This document shows, one piece after another, positions 40,735 through 55,827 of a stretch of 64,000 nt of DNA. The DNA lies in contig OZ059894.1 of NCBI GenBank assembly GCA_964057225.1, positions 19,902,001 through 19,966,000 on the forward strand, given 5' to 3'. The notes below the pieces were generated by a model. It saw only the letters and a program-made list of their open reading frames with translations, ran no database searches and was not told the origin of the DNA. The stretch's first letter is position 1; every line of letters starts with the position of its first letter. The DNA comes from Auanema rhodensis. Taxonomy: Eukaryota; Animalia; Nematoda. Position numbers and translations under genes: made by a program.

Positions 40735-43700
40735 GTTGAGTTTCCATGTACACTCAACATTGCTTCCAAAAACATTTTGACAAAAATTTTTTCGAAAAAT
40801 TTCAGAATAATTTAGCAAAAAGTAGATGTTTTTAGATTCCATTTTTCAAGGCAAAGACGATGGACAATGTTATTCAACGAAAAAATTAATTCTTCAGGGT
40901 GAAAATCGAGGATATAAGTGTGAACTTATATCAGTTGATATCTCGGTGCATTTTTAAGCTAGCGCAAATCTGATAACACAGATCGACGCAGCTTAAAAAT
41001 CCGCATCGAATGCACTATACTACATTGAGAAACGCTTAATACAAAAATTAGTTATGATCGTTTGTAAAATGATGCGTTAGTGTATGTTGAGTTTCCATGT
41101 ACACTCAACATTGCTTCCAAAAACATTTTGACAAAAATTTTTTCGAAAAATTTCAAAATAATTTAGCGAAAAGTAGATGTTTTTAGATTCCATTTTTTAA
41201 GGCAAAGACGATGGACAATGTTATTCAACGAAAAAATTAATTCTTCAGGGTGAAAATCGAGGATATAAGTGTGAACTTATATCAGTTGATATCTCGGTGC
41301 ATTTTTAAGCTAGCGCAAATCTGATAACACAGAACGACGCAGCTTAAAAATCCGCATCGAATGCACTATACTACATTGAGAAACGCTTAATACAAAAATT
41401 AGTTATGATCGTTTGAAAAATGATGCATTAGTGTATGTTGAGTTTCCATGTACACTCAACATTGCTTCCAAAAACATTTTGACAAAAATTTTTTCGAAAA
41501 ATTTCAGAATAATTTAGCAAAAAGTAGATGTTTTTAGATTCCATTTTTCAAGGCAAAGACGATGGACAATGTTATTCAACGAAAAAATTAATTCTTCAGG
41601 GTGAAAATCGAGGATATAAGTGTGAACTTATATCAGTTGATATCTCGGTGCATTTTTAAGCTAGCGCAAATCTGATAACACAGATCGACGCAGCTTAAAA
41701 ATCCGCATCGAATGCACTATACTACATTGAGAAACGCTTAATACAAAAATTAGTTATGATCGTTTGAAAAATGATGCATTAGTGTATGTTGAGTTTCCAT
41801 GTACACTCAACATTGCTTCCAAAAACATTTTGACAAAAATTTTTTCGAAAAATTTCAGAATAATTTAGCAAAAAGTAGATGTTTTTAGATTCCTTTTTTC
41901 AAGGCAAAGACGATGGACAATGTTATTCAACGAAAAAATTAATTCTTCAGGGTGAAAATCGAGGATATAAGTGTGAACTTATATCAGTTGAAATCTCGGT
42001 GCATTTTTAAGCTAGCGCAAATCTGATAACACAGAACGACGCAGCTTAAAAATTCGCATCGAATGCACTATACTACATTGAAAAACGCTTAATACAAAAA
42101 TTAGTTATGATCGTTTGAAAAATGATGCATTAGTGTATGTTGAGTTTCCATGTACACTCAACATTGCTTCCAAAAACATTTTGACAAAAATTTTTTCGAA
42201 AAATTTCGAAATAATTTAGCAAAATGTAAATGTTTTTAGATTCCATTTTTCAAGGCAAAGACGATGGACAATGTTATTCAACGAAAAAATCAATTCTTCA
42301 GGGTGAAAATCGAGGATATAAGTGTGAACTTATATCAGTTGATATCTCGGTGCATTTTTAAGCTAGCGCAAATCTGATAACACAGAACGACGCAGCTTAA
42401 AAATCCGCATCGAATGCACTATACTACATTGAGAAACGCTTAATACAAAAATTAGTTATGATCGTTTGAAAAATGATGCATTAGTGTATGTTGAGTTTCC
42501 ATGTACACTCAACATTGCTTCCAAAAACATTTTGACAAAAATTTTTTCGAAAAATTTCAGAATAATTTAGCAAAAAGTAGATGTTTTTAGATTCCATTTT
42601 TCAAGGCAAAGACGATGGACAATGTTATTCAACGAAAAAATTAATTCTTCAGGGTGAAAATCGAGGATATAAGTGTGAACTTATATCAGTTGATATCTCG
42701 GTGCATTTTTAAGCTAGCGCAAATCTGATAACACAGATCGACGCAGCTTAAAAATCCGCATCGAATGCACTATACTACATTGAGAAACGCTTAATACAAA
42801 AATTAGTTATGATCGTTTGAAAAATGATGCATTAGTGTATGTTGAGTTTCCATGTACACTCAACATTGCTTCCAAAAACATTTTGACAAAAATTTTTTCG
42901 AAAAATTTCAGAATAATTTAGCAAAAAGTAGATGTTTTTAGATTCCATTTTTCAAGGCAAAGACGATGGACAATGTTATTCAACGAAAAAATTAATTCTA
43001 CAGGGTGAAAATCGAGGATATAAGTGTGAACTTATATCAGTTGATATCTCGGTGCATTTTTAAGCTAGCGCAAATCTGATAACACAGATCGACGCAGCTT
43101 AAAAATCCGCATCGAATGCACTATACTACATTGAGAAACGCTTAATACAAAAATTAGTTATGATCGTTTGAAAAATGATGCATTAGTGTATGTTGAGTTT
43201 CCATGTACACTCAACATTGCTTCCAAAAACATTTTGACAAAAATTTTTTCGAAAAATTTCAGAATAATTTAGCAAAAAGTAGATGTTTTTAGATTCCATT
43301 TTTTAAGGCAAAGACGATGGACAATGTTATTCAACGAAAAAATTAATTCTTCAGGGTGAAAATCGAGGATATAAGTGTGAACTTATATCAGTTGATATCT
43401 CGGTGCATTTTTAAGCTAGCGCAAATCTGATAACACAGAACGACGCAGCTTAAAAATTCGCATCGAATGCACTATACTACATTGAAAAACGCTTAATACA
43501 AAAATTAGTTATGATCGTTTGAAAAATGATGCATTAGTGTATGTTGAGTTTCCATGTACACTCAACATTGCTTCCAAAAACATTTTGACAAAAATTTTTT
43601 CGAAAAATTTCGAAATAATTTAGCAAAAAGTAGATGTTTTTAGATTCCATTTTTCAAGGCAAAGACGATGGACAATGTTATTCAACGAAAAAATCAATTC

Positions 43701-46700
43701 TTCAGGGTGAAAATCGAGGATATAAGTGTGAACTTATATCAGTTGATATCTCGGTGCATTTTTAAGCTAGCGCAAATCTGATAACACAGAACGACGCAGC
43801 TTAAAAATCCGCATCGAATGCACTATACTACATTGAGAAACGCTTAATACAAAAATTAGTTATGATCGTTTGAAAAATGATGCATTAGTGTATGTTGAGT
43901 TTCCATGTACACTCAACATTGCTTCCAAAAACATTTTGACAAAAATTTTTTCGAAAAATTTCAGAATAATTTAGCAAAAAGTAGATGTTTTTAGATTCCA
44001 TTTTTCAAGGCAAAGACGATGGACAATGTTATTCAACGAAAAAATTAATTCTTCAGGGTGAAAATCGAGGATATAAGTGTGAACTTATATCAGTTGATAT
44101 CTCGGTGCATTTTTAAGCTAGCGCAAATCTGATAACACAGATCGACGCAGCTTAAAAATCCGCATCGAATGCACTATACTACATTGAGAAACGCTTAATA
44201 CAAAAATTAGTTATGATCGTTTGAAAAATGATGCATTAGTGTATGTTGAGTTTCCATGTACACTCAACATTGCTTCCAAAAACATTTTGACAAAAATTTT
44301 TTCGAAAAATTTCAGAATAATTTAGCAAAAAGTAGATGTTTTTAGATTCCATTTTTCAAGGCAAAGACGATGGACAATGTTATTCAACGAAAAAATTAAT
44401 TCTTCAGGGTGAAAATCGAGGATATAAGTGTGAACTTATATCAGTTGATATCTCGGTGCATTTTTAAGCTAGCGCAAATCTGATAACACAGATCGACGCA
44501 GCTTAAAAATCCGCATCGAATGCACTATACTACATTGAGAAACGCTTAATACAAAAATTAGTTATGATCGTTTGTAAAATGATGCGTTAGTGTATGTTGA
44601 GTTTCCATGTACACTCAACATTGCTTCCAAAAACATTTTGACAAAAATTTTTTCGAAAAATTTCAAAATAATTTAGCAAAAAGTAGATGTTTTTAGATTC
44701 CATTTTTTAAGGCAAAGACGATGGACAATGTTATTCAACGAAAAAATTAATTCTTCAGGGTGAAAATCGAGGATATAAGTGTGAACTTATATCAGTTGAT
44801 ATCTCGGTGCATTTTTAAGCTAGCGCAAATCTGATAACACAGAACGACGCAGCTTAAAAATCCGCATCGAATGCACTATACTACATTGAGAAACGCTTAA
44901 TACAAAAATTAGTTATGATCGTTTGAAAAATGATGCATTAGTGTATGTTGAGTTTCCATGTACACTCAACATTGCTTCCAAAAACATTTTGACAAAAATT
45001 TTTTCGAAAAATTTCAGAATAATTTAGCAAAAAGTAGATGTTTTTAGATTCCATTTTTCAAGGCAAAGACGATGGACAATGTTATTCAACGAAAAAATTA
45101 ATTCTTCAGGGTGAAAATCGAGGATATAAGTGTGAACTTATATCAGTTGATATCTCGGTGCATTTTTAAGCTAGCGCAAATCTGATAACACAGATCGACG
45201 CAGCTTAAAAATCCGCATCGAATGCACTATACTACATTGAGAAACGCTTAATACAAAAATTAGTTATGATCGTTTGAAAAATGATGCATTAGTGTATGTT
45301 GAGTTTCCATGTACACTCAACATTGCTTCCAAAAACATTTTGACAAAAATTTTTTCGAAAAATTTCAGAATAATTTAGCAAAAAGTAGATGTTTTTAGAT
45401 TCCTTTTTTCAAGGCAAAGACGATGGACAATGTTATTCAACGAAAAAATTAATTCTTCAGGGTGAAAATCGAGGATATAAGTGTGAACTTATATCAGTTG
45501 ATATCTCGGTGCATTTTTAAGCTAGCGCAAATCTGATAACACAGAACGACGCAGCTTAAAAATTCGCATCGAATGCACTATACTACATTGAAAAACGCTA
45601 AATACAAAAATTAGTTATGATCGTTTGAAAAATGATGCATTAGTGTATGTTGAGTTTCCATGTACACTCAACATTGCTTCCAAAAACATTTTGACAAAAA
45701 TTTTTTCGAAAAATTTCGAAATAATTTAGCAAAATGTAAATGTTTTTAGATTCCATTTTTCAAGGCAAAGACGATGGACAATGTTATTCAACGAAAAAAT
45801 CAATTCTTCAGGGTGAAAATCGAGGATATAAGTGTGAACTTATATCAGTTGATATCTCGGTGCAATTTTAAGCTAGCGCAAATCTGATAACACAGAACGA
45901 CGCAGCTTAAAAATCCGCATCGAATGCACTATACTACATTGAGAAACGCTTAATACAAAAATTAGTTATGATCGTTTGAAAAATGATGCATTAGTGTATG
46001 TTGAGTTTCCATGTACACTCAACATTGCTTCCAAAAACATTTTGACAAAAATTTTTTCGAAAAATTTCAGAATAATTTAGCAAAAAGTAGATGTTTTTAG
46101 ATTCCATTTTTCAAGGCAAAGACGATGGACAATGTTATTCAACGAAAAAATTAATTCTTCAGGGTGAAAATCGAGGATATAAGTGTGAACTTATATCAGT
46201 TGATATCTCGGTGCATTTTTAAGCTAGCGCAAATCTGATAACACAGATCGACGCAGCTTAAAAATCCGCATCGAATGCACTATACTACATTGAGAAACGC
46301 TTAATACAAAAATTAGTTATGATCGTTTGAAAAATGATGCATTAGTGTATGTTGAGTTTCCATGTACACTCAACATTGCTTCCAAAAACATTTTGACAAA
46401 AATTTTTTCGAAAAATTTCAGAATAATTTAGCAAAAAGTAGATGTTTTTAGATTCCATTTTTCAAGGCAAAGACGATGGACAATGTTATTCAACGAAAAA
46501 ATTAATTCTACAGGGTGAAAATCGAGGATATAAGTGTGAACTTATATCAGTTGATATCTCGGTGCATTTTTAAGCTAGCGCAAATCTGATAACACAGATC
46601 GACGCAGCTTAAAAATCCGCATCGAATGCACTATACTACATTGAAAAACGCTTAATACAAAAATTAGTTATGATCGTTTGAAAAATGATGCGTTAGTGTA

Positions 46701-49700
46701 TGTTGAGTTTCCATGTACACTCAACATTGCTTCCAAAAACATTTTGACAAAAATTTTTTCGAAAAATTTCAAAATAATTTAGCAAAAAGTAGATGTTTTT
46801 AGATTCCATTTTTTAAGGCAAAGACGATGGACAATGTTATTCAACGAAAAAATTAATTCTTCAGGGTGAAAATCGAGGATATAAGTGTGAACTTATATCA
46901 GTTGATATCTCGGTGCATTTTTAAGCTAGCGCAAATCTGATAACACAGAACGACGCAGCTTAAAAATTCGCATCGAATGCACTATACTACATTGAAAAAC
47001 GCTTAATACAAAAATTAGTTATGATCGTTTGAAAAATGATGCATTAGTGTATGTTGAGTTTCCATGTACACTCAACATTGCTTCCAAAAACATTTTGACA
47101 AAAATTTTTTCGAAAAATTTCGAAATAATTTAGCAAAAAGTAAATGTTTTTAGATTCCATTTTTCAAGGCAAAGACGATGGACAATGTTATTCAACGAAA
47201 AAATCAATTCTTCAGGGTGAAAATCGAGGATATAAGTGTGAACTTATATCAGTTGATATCTCGGTGCATTTTTAAGCTAGGGCAAATCTGATAACACAGA
47301 ACGACGCAGCTTAAAAATCCGCATCGAATGCACTATACTACATTGAGAAACGCTTAATACAAAAATTAGTTATGATCGTTTGAAAAATGATGCATTAGTG
47401 TATGTTGAGTTTCCATGTACACTCAACATTGCTTCCAAAAACATTTTGACAAAAATTTTTTCGAAAAATTTCAGAATAATTTAGCAAAAAGTAGATGTTT
47501 TTAGATTCCATTTTTCAAGGCAAAGACGATGGACAATGTTATTCAACGAAAAAATTAATTCTTCAGGGTGAAAATCGAGGATATAAGTGTGAACTTATAT
47601 CAGTTGATATCTCGGTGCATTTTTAAGCTAGCGCAAATCTGATAACACAGATCGACGCAGCTTAAAAATCCGCATCGAATGCACTATACTACATTGAGAA
47701 ACGCTTAATACAAAAATTAGTTATGATCGTTTGTAAAATGATGCGTTAGTGTATGTTGAGTTTCCATGTACACTCAACATTGCTTCCAAAAACATTTTGA
47801 CAAAAATTTTTTCGAAAAATTTCAAAATAATTTAGCAAAAAGTAGATGTTTTTAGATTCCATTTTTTAAGGCAAAGACGATGGACAATGTTATTCAACGA
47901 AAAAATTAATTCTTCAGGGTGAAAATCGAGGATATAAGTGTGAACTTATATCAGTTGATATCTCGGTGCATTTTTAAGCTAGCGCAAATCTGATAACACA
48001 GAACGACGCAGCTTAAAAATCCGCATCGAATGCACTATACTACATTGAGAAACGCTTAATACAAAAATTAGTTATGATCGTTTGAAAAATGATGCATTAG
48101 TGTATGTTGAGTTTCCATGTACACTCAACATTGCTTCCAAAAACATTTTGACAAAAATTTTTTCGAAAAATTTCAGAATAATTTAGCAAAAAGTAGATGT
48201 TTTTAGATTCCATTTTTCAAGGCAAAGACGATGGACAATGTTATTCAACGAAAAAATTAATTCTTCAGGGTGAAAATCGAGGATATAAGTGTGAACTTAT
48301 ATCAGTTGATATATCGGTGCATTTTTAAGCTAGCGCAAATCTGATAACACAGATCGACGCAGCTTAAAAATCCGCATCGAATGCACTATACTACATTGAG
48401 AAACGCTTAATACAAAAATTAGTTATGATCGTTTGAAAAATGATGCATTAGTGTATGTTGAGTTTCCATGTACACTCAACATTGCTTCCAAAAACATTTT
48501 GACAAAAATTTTTTCGAAAAATTTCAGAATAATTTAGCAAAAAGTAGATGTTTTTAGATTCCTTTTTTCAAGGCAAAGACGATGGACAATGTTATTCAAC
48601 GAAAAAATTAATTCTTCAGGGTGAAAATCGAGGATATAAGTGTGAACTTATATCAGTTGATATCTCGGTGCATTTTTAAGCTAGCGCAAATCTGATAACA
48701 CAGAACGACGCAGCTTAAAAATTCGCATCGAATGCACTATACTACATTGAAAAACGCTAAATACAAAAATTAGTTATGATCGTTTGAAAAATGATGCATT
48801 AGTGTATGTTGAGTTTCCATGTACACTCAACATTGCTTCCAAAAACATTTTGACAAAAATTTTTTCGAAAAATTTCGAAATAATTTAGCAAAATGTAAAT
48901 GTTTTTAGATTCCATTTTTCAAGGCAAAGACGATGGACAATGTTATTCAACGAAAAAATCAATTCTTCAGGGTGAAAATCGAGGATATAAGTGTGAACTT
49001 ATATCAGTTGATATCTCGGTGCAATTTTAAGCTAGCGCAAATCTGATAACACAGAACGACGCAGCTTAAAAATCCGCATCGAATGCACTATACTACATTG
49101 AGAAACGCTTAATACAAAAATTAGTTATGATCGTTTGAAAAATGATGCATTAGTGTATGTTGAGTTTCCATGTACACTCAACATTGCTTCCAAAAACATT
49201 TTGACAAAAATTTTTTCGAAAAATTTCAGAATAATTTAGCAAAAAGTAGATGTTTTTAGATTCCATTTTTCAAGGCAAAGACGATGGACAATGTTATTCA
49301 ACGAAAAAATTAATTCTTCAGGGTGAAAATCGAGGATATAAGTGTGAACTTATATCAGTTGATATCTCGGTGCATTTTTAAGCTAGCGCAAATCTGATAA
49401 CACAGATCGACGCAGCTTAAAAATCCGCATCGAATGCACTATACTACATTGAGAAACGCTTAATACAAAAATTAGTTATGATCGTTTGAAAAATGATGCA
49501 TTAGTGTATGTTGAGTTTCCATGTACACTCAACATTGCTTCCAAAAACATTTTGACAAAAATTTTTTCGAAAAATTTCAGAATAATTTAGCAAAAAGTAG
49601 ATGTTTTTAGATTCCATTTTTCAAGGCAAAGACGATGGACAATGTTATTCAACGAAAAAATTAATTCTTCAGGGTGAAAATCGAGGATATAAGTGTGAAC

Positions 49701-50913
49701 TTATATCAGTTGATATATCGGTGCATTTTTAAGCTAGCGCAAATCTGATAACACAGATCGACGCAGCTTAAAAATCCGCATCGAATGCACTATACTACAT
49801 TGAGAAACGCTTAATACAAAAATTAGTTATGATCGTTTGAAAAATGATGCGTTAGTGTATGTTGAGTTTCCATGTACACTCAACATTGCTTCCAAAAACA
49901 TTTTGACAAAAATTTTTTCGAAAAATTTCAAAATAATTTAGCAAAAAGTAGATGTTTTTAGATTCCATTTTTTAAGGCAAAGACGATGGACAATGTTATT
50001 CAACGAAAAAATTAATTCTTCAGGGTGAAAATCGAGGATATAAGTGTGAACTTATATCAGTTGATATCTCGGTGCATTTTTAAGCTAGCGCAAATCTGAT
50101 AACACAGAACGACGCAGCTTAAAAATTCGCATCGAATGCACTATACTACATTGAAAAACGCTTAATACAAAAATTAGTTATGATCGTTTGAAAAATGATG
50201 CATTAGTGTATGTTGAGTTTCCATGTACACTCAACATTGCTTCCAAAAACATTTTGACAAAAATTTTTTCGAAAAATTTCGAAATAATTTAGCAAAAAGT
50301 AAATGTTTTTAGATTCCATTTTTCAAGGCAAAGACGATGGACAATGTTATTCAACGAAAAAATCAATTCTTCAGGGTGAAAATCGAGGATATAAGTGTGA
50401 ACTTATATCAGTTGATATCTCGGTGCATTTTTAAGCTAGGGCAAATCTGATAACACAGAACGACGCAGCTTAAAAATCCGCATCGAATGCACTATACTAC
50501 ATTGAGAAACGCTTAATACAAAAATTAGTTATGATCGTTTGAAAAATGATGCATTAGTGTATGTTGAGTTTCCATGTACACTCAACATTGCTTCCAAAAA
50601 CATTTTGACAAAAATTTTTTCGAAAAATTTCAGAATAATTTAGCAAAAAGTAGATGTTTTTAGATTCCATTTTTCAAGGCAAAGACGATGGACAATGTTA
50701 TTCAACGAAAAAATTAATTCTTCAGGGTGAAAATCGAGGATATAAGTGTGAACTTATATCAGTTGATATCTCGGTGCATTTTTAAGCTAGCGCAAATCTG
50801 ATAACACAGAACGACGCAGCTTAAAAATCCGCATCGAATGCACTATACTACATTGAGAAACGCTTAATACAAAAATTAGTTATGATCGTTTGAAAAATGA
50901 TGCATTAGTGTAT
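40735..50913. repeat. 10-mer then 9-mer higher-order repeat block (boundaries approximate)
   Basis: TTTGTAAAAT at 41065/44575/47734 (spacings 3510, 3159); AAAATGTAAAT at ~42225/45735/48894; GCAATTTT at ~45865/49024; CGCTAAAT at ~45600/48759. Confidence 0.8.
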
Positions 50914-51966
50914 GTTGAGTTTCCATGTACACTCAACATTGCTTCCAAAAACATTTTGACAAAAATTTTTTCGAAAAATTTCGAAATAATTTAGCAAAAT
51001 GTAAATGTTTTTAGATTCCATTTTTCAAGGCAAAGACGATGGACAATGTTATTCAACGAAAAAATCAATTCTTCAGGGTGAAAATCGAGGATATAAGTGT
51101 GAACTTATATCAGTTGATATCTCGGTGCATTTTTAAGCTAGCGCAAATCTGATAACACAGAACGACGCAGCTTAAAAATCCGCATCGAATGCACTATACT
51201 ACATTGAGAAACGCTTAATACAAAAATTAGTTATGATCGTTTGAAAAATGATGCATTAGTGTATGTTGAGTTTCCATGTACACTCAACATTGCTTCCAAA
51301 AACATTTTGACAAAAATTTTTTCGAAAAATTTCAGAATAATTTAGCAAAAAGTAGATGTTTTTAGATTCCATTTTTCAAGGCAAAGACGATGGACAATGT
51401 TATTCAACGAAAAAATTAATTCTTCAGGGTGAAAATCGAGGATATAAGTGTGAACTTATATCAGTTGATATCTCGGTGCATTTTTAAGCTAGCGCAAATC
51501 TGATAACACAGAACGACGCAGCTTAAAAATCCGCATCGAATGCACTATACTACATTGAGAAACGCTTAATACAAAAATTAGTTATGATCGTTTGAAAAAT
51601 GATGCATTAGTGTATGTTGAGTTTCCATGTACACTCAACATTGCTTCCAAAAACATTTTGACAAAAATTTTTTCGAAAAATTTCAGAATAATTTAGCAAA
51701 AAGTAGATGTTTTTAGATTCCATTTTTCAAGGCAAAGACGATGGACAATGTTATTCAACGAAAAAATTAATTCTTCAGGGTGAAAATCGAGGATATAAGT
51801 GTGAACTTATATCAGTTGATATCTCGGTGCATTTTTAAGCTAGCGCAAATCTGATAACACAGATCGACGCAGCTTAAAAATCCGCATCGAATGCACTATA
51901 CTACATTGAGAAACGCTTAATACAAAAATTAGTTATGATCGTTTGAAAAATGATGCATTAGTGTAT

Positions 51967-54900
51967 GTTGAGTTTCCATGTACACTCAACATTGCTTCCA
52001 AAAACATTTTGACAAAAATTTTTTCGAAAAATTTCAGAATAATTTAGCAAAAAGTAGATGTTTTTAGATTCCATTTTTCAAGGCAAAGACGATGGACAAT
52101 GTTATTCAACGAAAAAATTAATTCTACAGGGTGAAAATCGAGGATATAAGTGTGAACTTATATCAGTTGATATCTCGGTGCATTTTTAAGCTAGCGCAAA
52201 TCTGATAACACAGATCGACGCAGCTTAAAAATCCGCATCGAATGCACTATACTACATTGAAAAACGCTTAATACAAAAATTAGTTATGATCGTTTGAAAA
52301 ATGATGCGTTAGTGTATGTTGAGTTTCCATGTACACTCAACATTGCTTCCAAAAACATTTTGACAAAAATTTTTTCGAAAAATTTCAAAATAATTTAGCA
52401 AAAAGTAGATGTTTTTAGATTCCATTTTTTAAGGCAAAGACGATGGACAATGTTATTCAACGAAAAAATTAATTCTTCAGGGTGAAAATCGAGGATATAA
52501 GTGTGAACTTATATCAGTTGATATCTCGGTGCATTTTTAAGCTAGCGCAAATCTGATAACACAGAACGACGCAGCTTAAAAATTCGCATCGAATGCACTA
52601 TACTACATTGAAAAACGCTTAATACAAAAATTAGTTATGATCGTTTGAAAAATGATGCATTAGTGTATGTTGAGTTTCCATGTACACTCAACATTGCTTC
52701 CAAAAACATTTTGACAAAAATTTTTTCGAAAAATTTCGAAATAATTTAGCAAAAAGTAAATGTTTTTAGATTCCATTTTTCAAGGCAAAGACGATGGACA
52801 ATGTTATTCAACGAAAAAATTAATTCTACAGGGTGAAAATCGAGGATATAAGTGTGAACTTATATCAGTTGATATCTCGGTGCATTTTTAAGCTAGCGCA
52901 AATCTGATAACACAGATCGACGCAGCTTAAAAATCCGCATCGAATGCACTATACTACATTGAAAAACGCTTAATACAAAAATTAGTTATGATCGTTTGAA
53001 AAATGATGCGTTAGTGTATGTTGAGTTTCCATGTACACTCAACATTGCTTCCAAAAACATTTTGACAAAAATTTTTTCGAAAAATTTCAAAATAATTTAG
53101 CAAAAAGTAGATGTTTTTAGATTCCATTTTTTAAGGCAAAGACGATGGACAATGTTATTCAACGAAAAAATTAATTCTTCAGGGTGAAAATCGAGGATAT
53201 AAGTGTGAACTTATATCAGTTGATATCTCGGTGCATTTTTAAGCTAGCGCAAATCTGATAACACAGAACGACGCAGCTTAAAAATTCGCATCGAATGCAC
53301 TATACTACATTGAAAAACGCTTAATACAAAAATTAGTTATGATCGTTTGAAAAATGATGCATTAGTGTATGTTGAGTTTCCATGTACACTCAACATTGCT
53401 TCCAAAAACATTTTGACAAAAATTTTTTCGAAAAATTTCGAAATAATTTAGCAAAAAGTAAATGTTTTTAGATTCCATTTTTCAAGGCAAAGACGATGGA
53501 CAATGTTATTCAACGAAAAAATCAATTCTTCAGGGTGAAAATCGAGGATATAAGTGTGAACTTATATCAGTTGATATCTCGGTGCATTTTTAAGCTAGGG
53601 CAAATCTGATAACACAGAACGACGCAGCTTAAAAATCCGCATCGAATGCACTATACTACATTGAGAAACGCTTAATACAAAAATTAGTTATGATCGTTTG
53701 AAAAATGATGCATTAGTGTATGTTGAGTTTCCATGTACACTCAACATTGCTTCCAAAAACATTTTGACAAAAATTTTTTCGAAAAATTTCAGAATAATTT
53801 AGCAAAAAGTAGATGTTTTTAGATTCCATTTTTCAAGGCAAAGACGATGGACAATGTTATTCAACGAAAAAATTAATTCTACAGGGTGAAAATCGAGGAT
53901 ATAAGTGTGAACTTATATCAGTTGATATCTCGGTGCATTTTTAAGCTAGCGCAAATCTGATAACACAGATCGACGCAGCTTAAAAATCCGCATCGAATGC
54001 ACTATACTACATTGAAAAACGCTTAATACAAAAATTAGTTATGATCGTTTGAAAAATGATGCGTTAGTGTATGTTGAGTTTCCATGTACACTCAACATTG
54101 CTTCCAAAAACATTTTGACAAAAATTTTTTCGAAAAATTTCAAAATAATTTAGCAAAAAGTAGATGTTTTTAGATTCCATTTTTTAAGGCAAAGACGATG
54201 GACAATGTTATTCAACGAAAAAATTAATTCTTCAGGGTGAAAATCGAGGATATAAGTGTGAACTTATATCAGTTGATATCTCGGTGCATTTTTAAGCTAG
54301 CGCAAATCTGATAACACAGAACGACGCAGCTTAAAAATTCGCATCGAATGCACTATACTACATTGAAAAACGCTTAATACAAAAATTAGTTATGATCGTT
54401 TGAAAAATGATGCATTAGTGTATGTTGAGTTTCCATGTACACTCAACATTGCTTCCAAAAACATTTTGACAAAAATTTTTTCGAAAAATTTCGAAATAAT
54501 TTAGCAAAAAGTAAATGTTTTTAGATTCCATTTTTCAAGGCAAAGACGATGGACAATGTTATTCAACGAAAAAATCAATTCTTCAGGGTGAAAATCGAGG
54601 ATATAAGTGTGAACTTATATCAGTTGATATCTCGGTGCATTTTTAAGCTAGGGCAAATCTGATAACACAGAACGACGCAGCTTAAAAATCCGCATCGAAT
54701 GCACTATACTACATTGAGAAACGCTTAATACAAAAATTAGTTATGATCGTTTGAAAAATGATGCATTAGTGTATGTTGAGTTTCCATGTACACTCAACAT
54801 TGCTTCCAAAAACATTTTGACAAAAATTTTTTCGAAAAATTTCAGAATAATTTAGCAAAAAGTAGATGTTTTTAGATTCCATTTTTCAAGGCAAAGACGA

Positions 54901-55827
54901 TGGACAATGTTATTCAACGAAAAAATTAATTCTACAGGGTGAAAATCGAGGATATAAGTGTGAACTTATATCAGTTGATATCTCGGTGCATTTTTAAGCT
55001 AGCGCAAATCTGATAACACAGATCGACGCAGCTTAAAAATCCGCATCGAATGCACTATACTACATTGAAAAACGCTTAATACAAAAATTAGTTATGATCG
55101 TTTGAAAAATGATGCGTTAGTGTATGTTGAGTTTCCATGTACACTCAACATTGCTTCCAAAAACATTTTGACAAAAATTTTTTCGAAAAATTTCAAAATA
55201 ATTTAGCAAAAAGTAGATGTTTTTAGATTCCATTTTTTAAGGCAAAGACGATGGACAATGTTATTCAACGAAAAAATTAATTCTTCAGGGTGAAAATCGA
55301 GGATATAAGTGTGAACTTATATCAGTTGATATCTCGGTGCATTTTTAAGCTAGCGCAAATCTGATAACACAGAACGACGCAGCTTAAAAATTCGCATCGA
55401 ATGCACTATACTACATTGAAAAACGCTTAATACAAAAATTAGTTATGATCGTTTGAAAAATGATGCATTAGTGTATGTTGAGTTTCCATGTACACTCAAC
55501 ATTGCTTCCAAAAACATTTTGACAAAAATTTTTTCGAAAAATTTCGAAATAATTTAGCAAAAAGTAAATGTTTTTAGATTTCATTTTTCAAGGCAAAGAC
55601 GATGGACAATGTTATTCAACGAAAAAATCAATTCTTCAGGGTGAAAATCGAGGATATAAGTGTGAACTTATATCAGTTGATATCTCGGTGCATTTTTAAG
55701 CTAGCGCAAATCTGATAACACAGAACGACGCAGCTTAAAAATCCGCATCGAATGCACTATACTACATTGAGAAACGCTTAATACAAAAATTAGTTATGAT
55801 CGTTTGAAAAATGATGCGTTAGTGTAT
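51967..55827. repeat. 3-mer (1053 bp) higher-order repeat
   Basis: TCTACAGG at ~52828/53881/54934 and GCTAGGG at ~53599/54652; monomer types cycle X-Y-Z. Confidence 0.85.
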
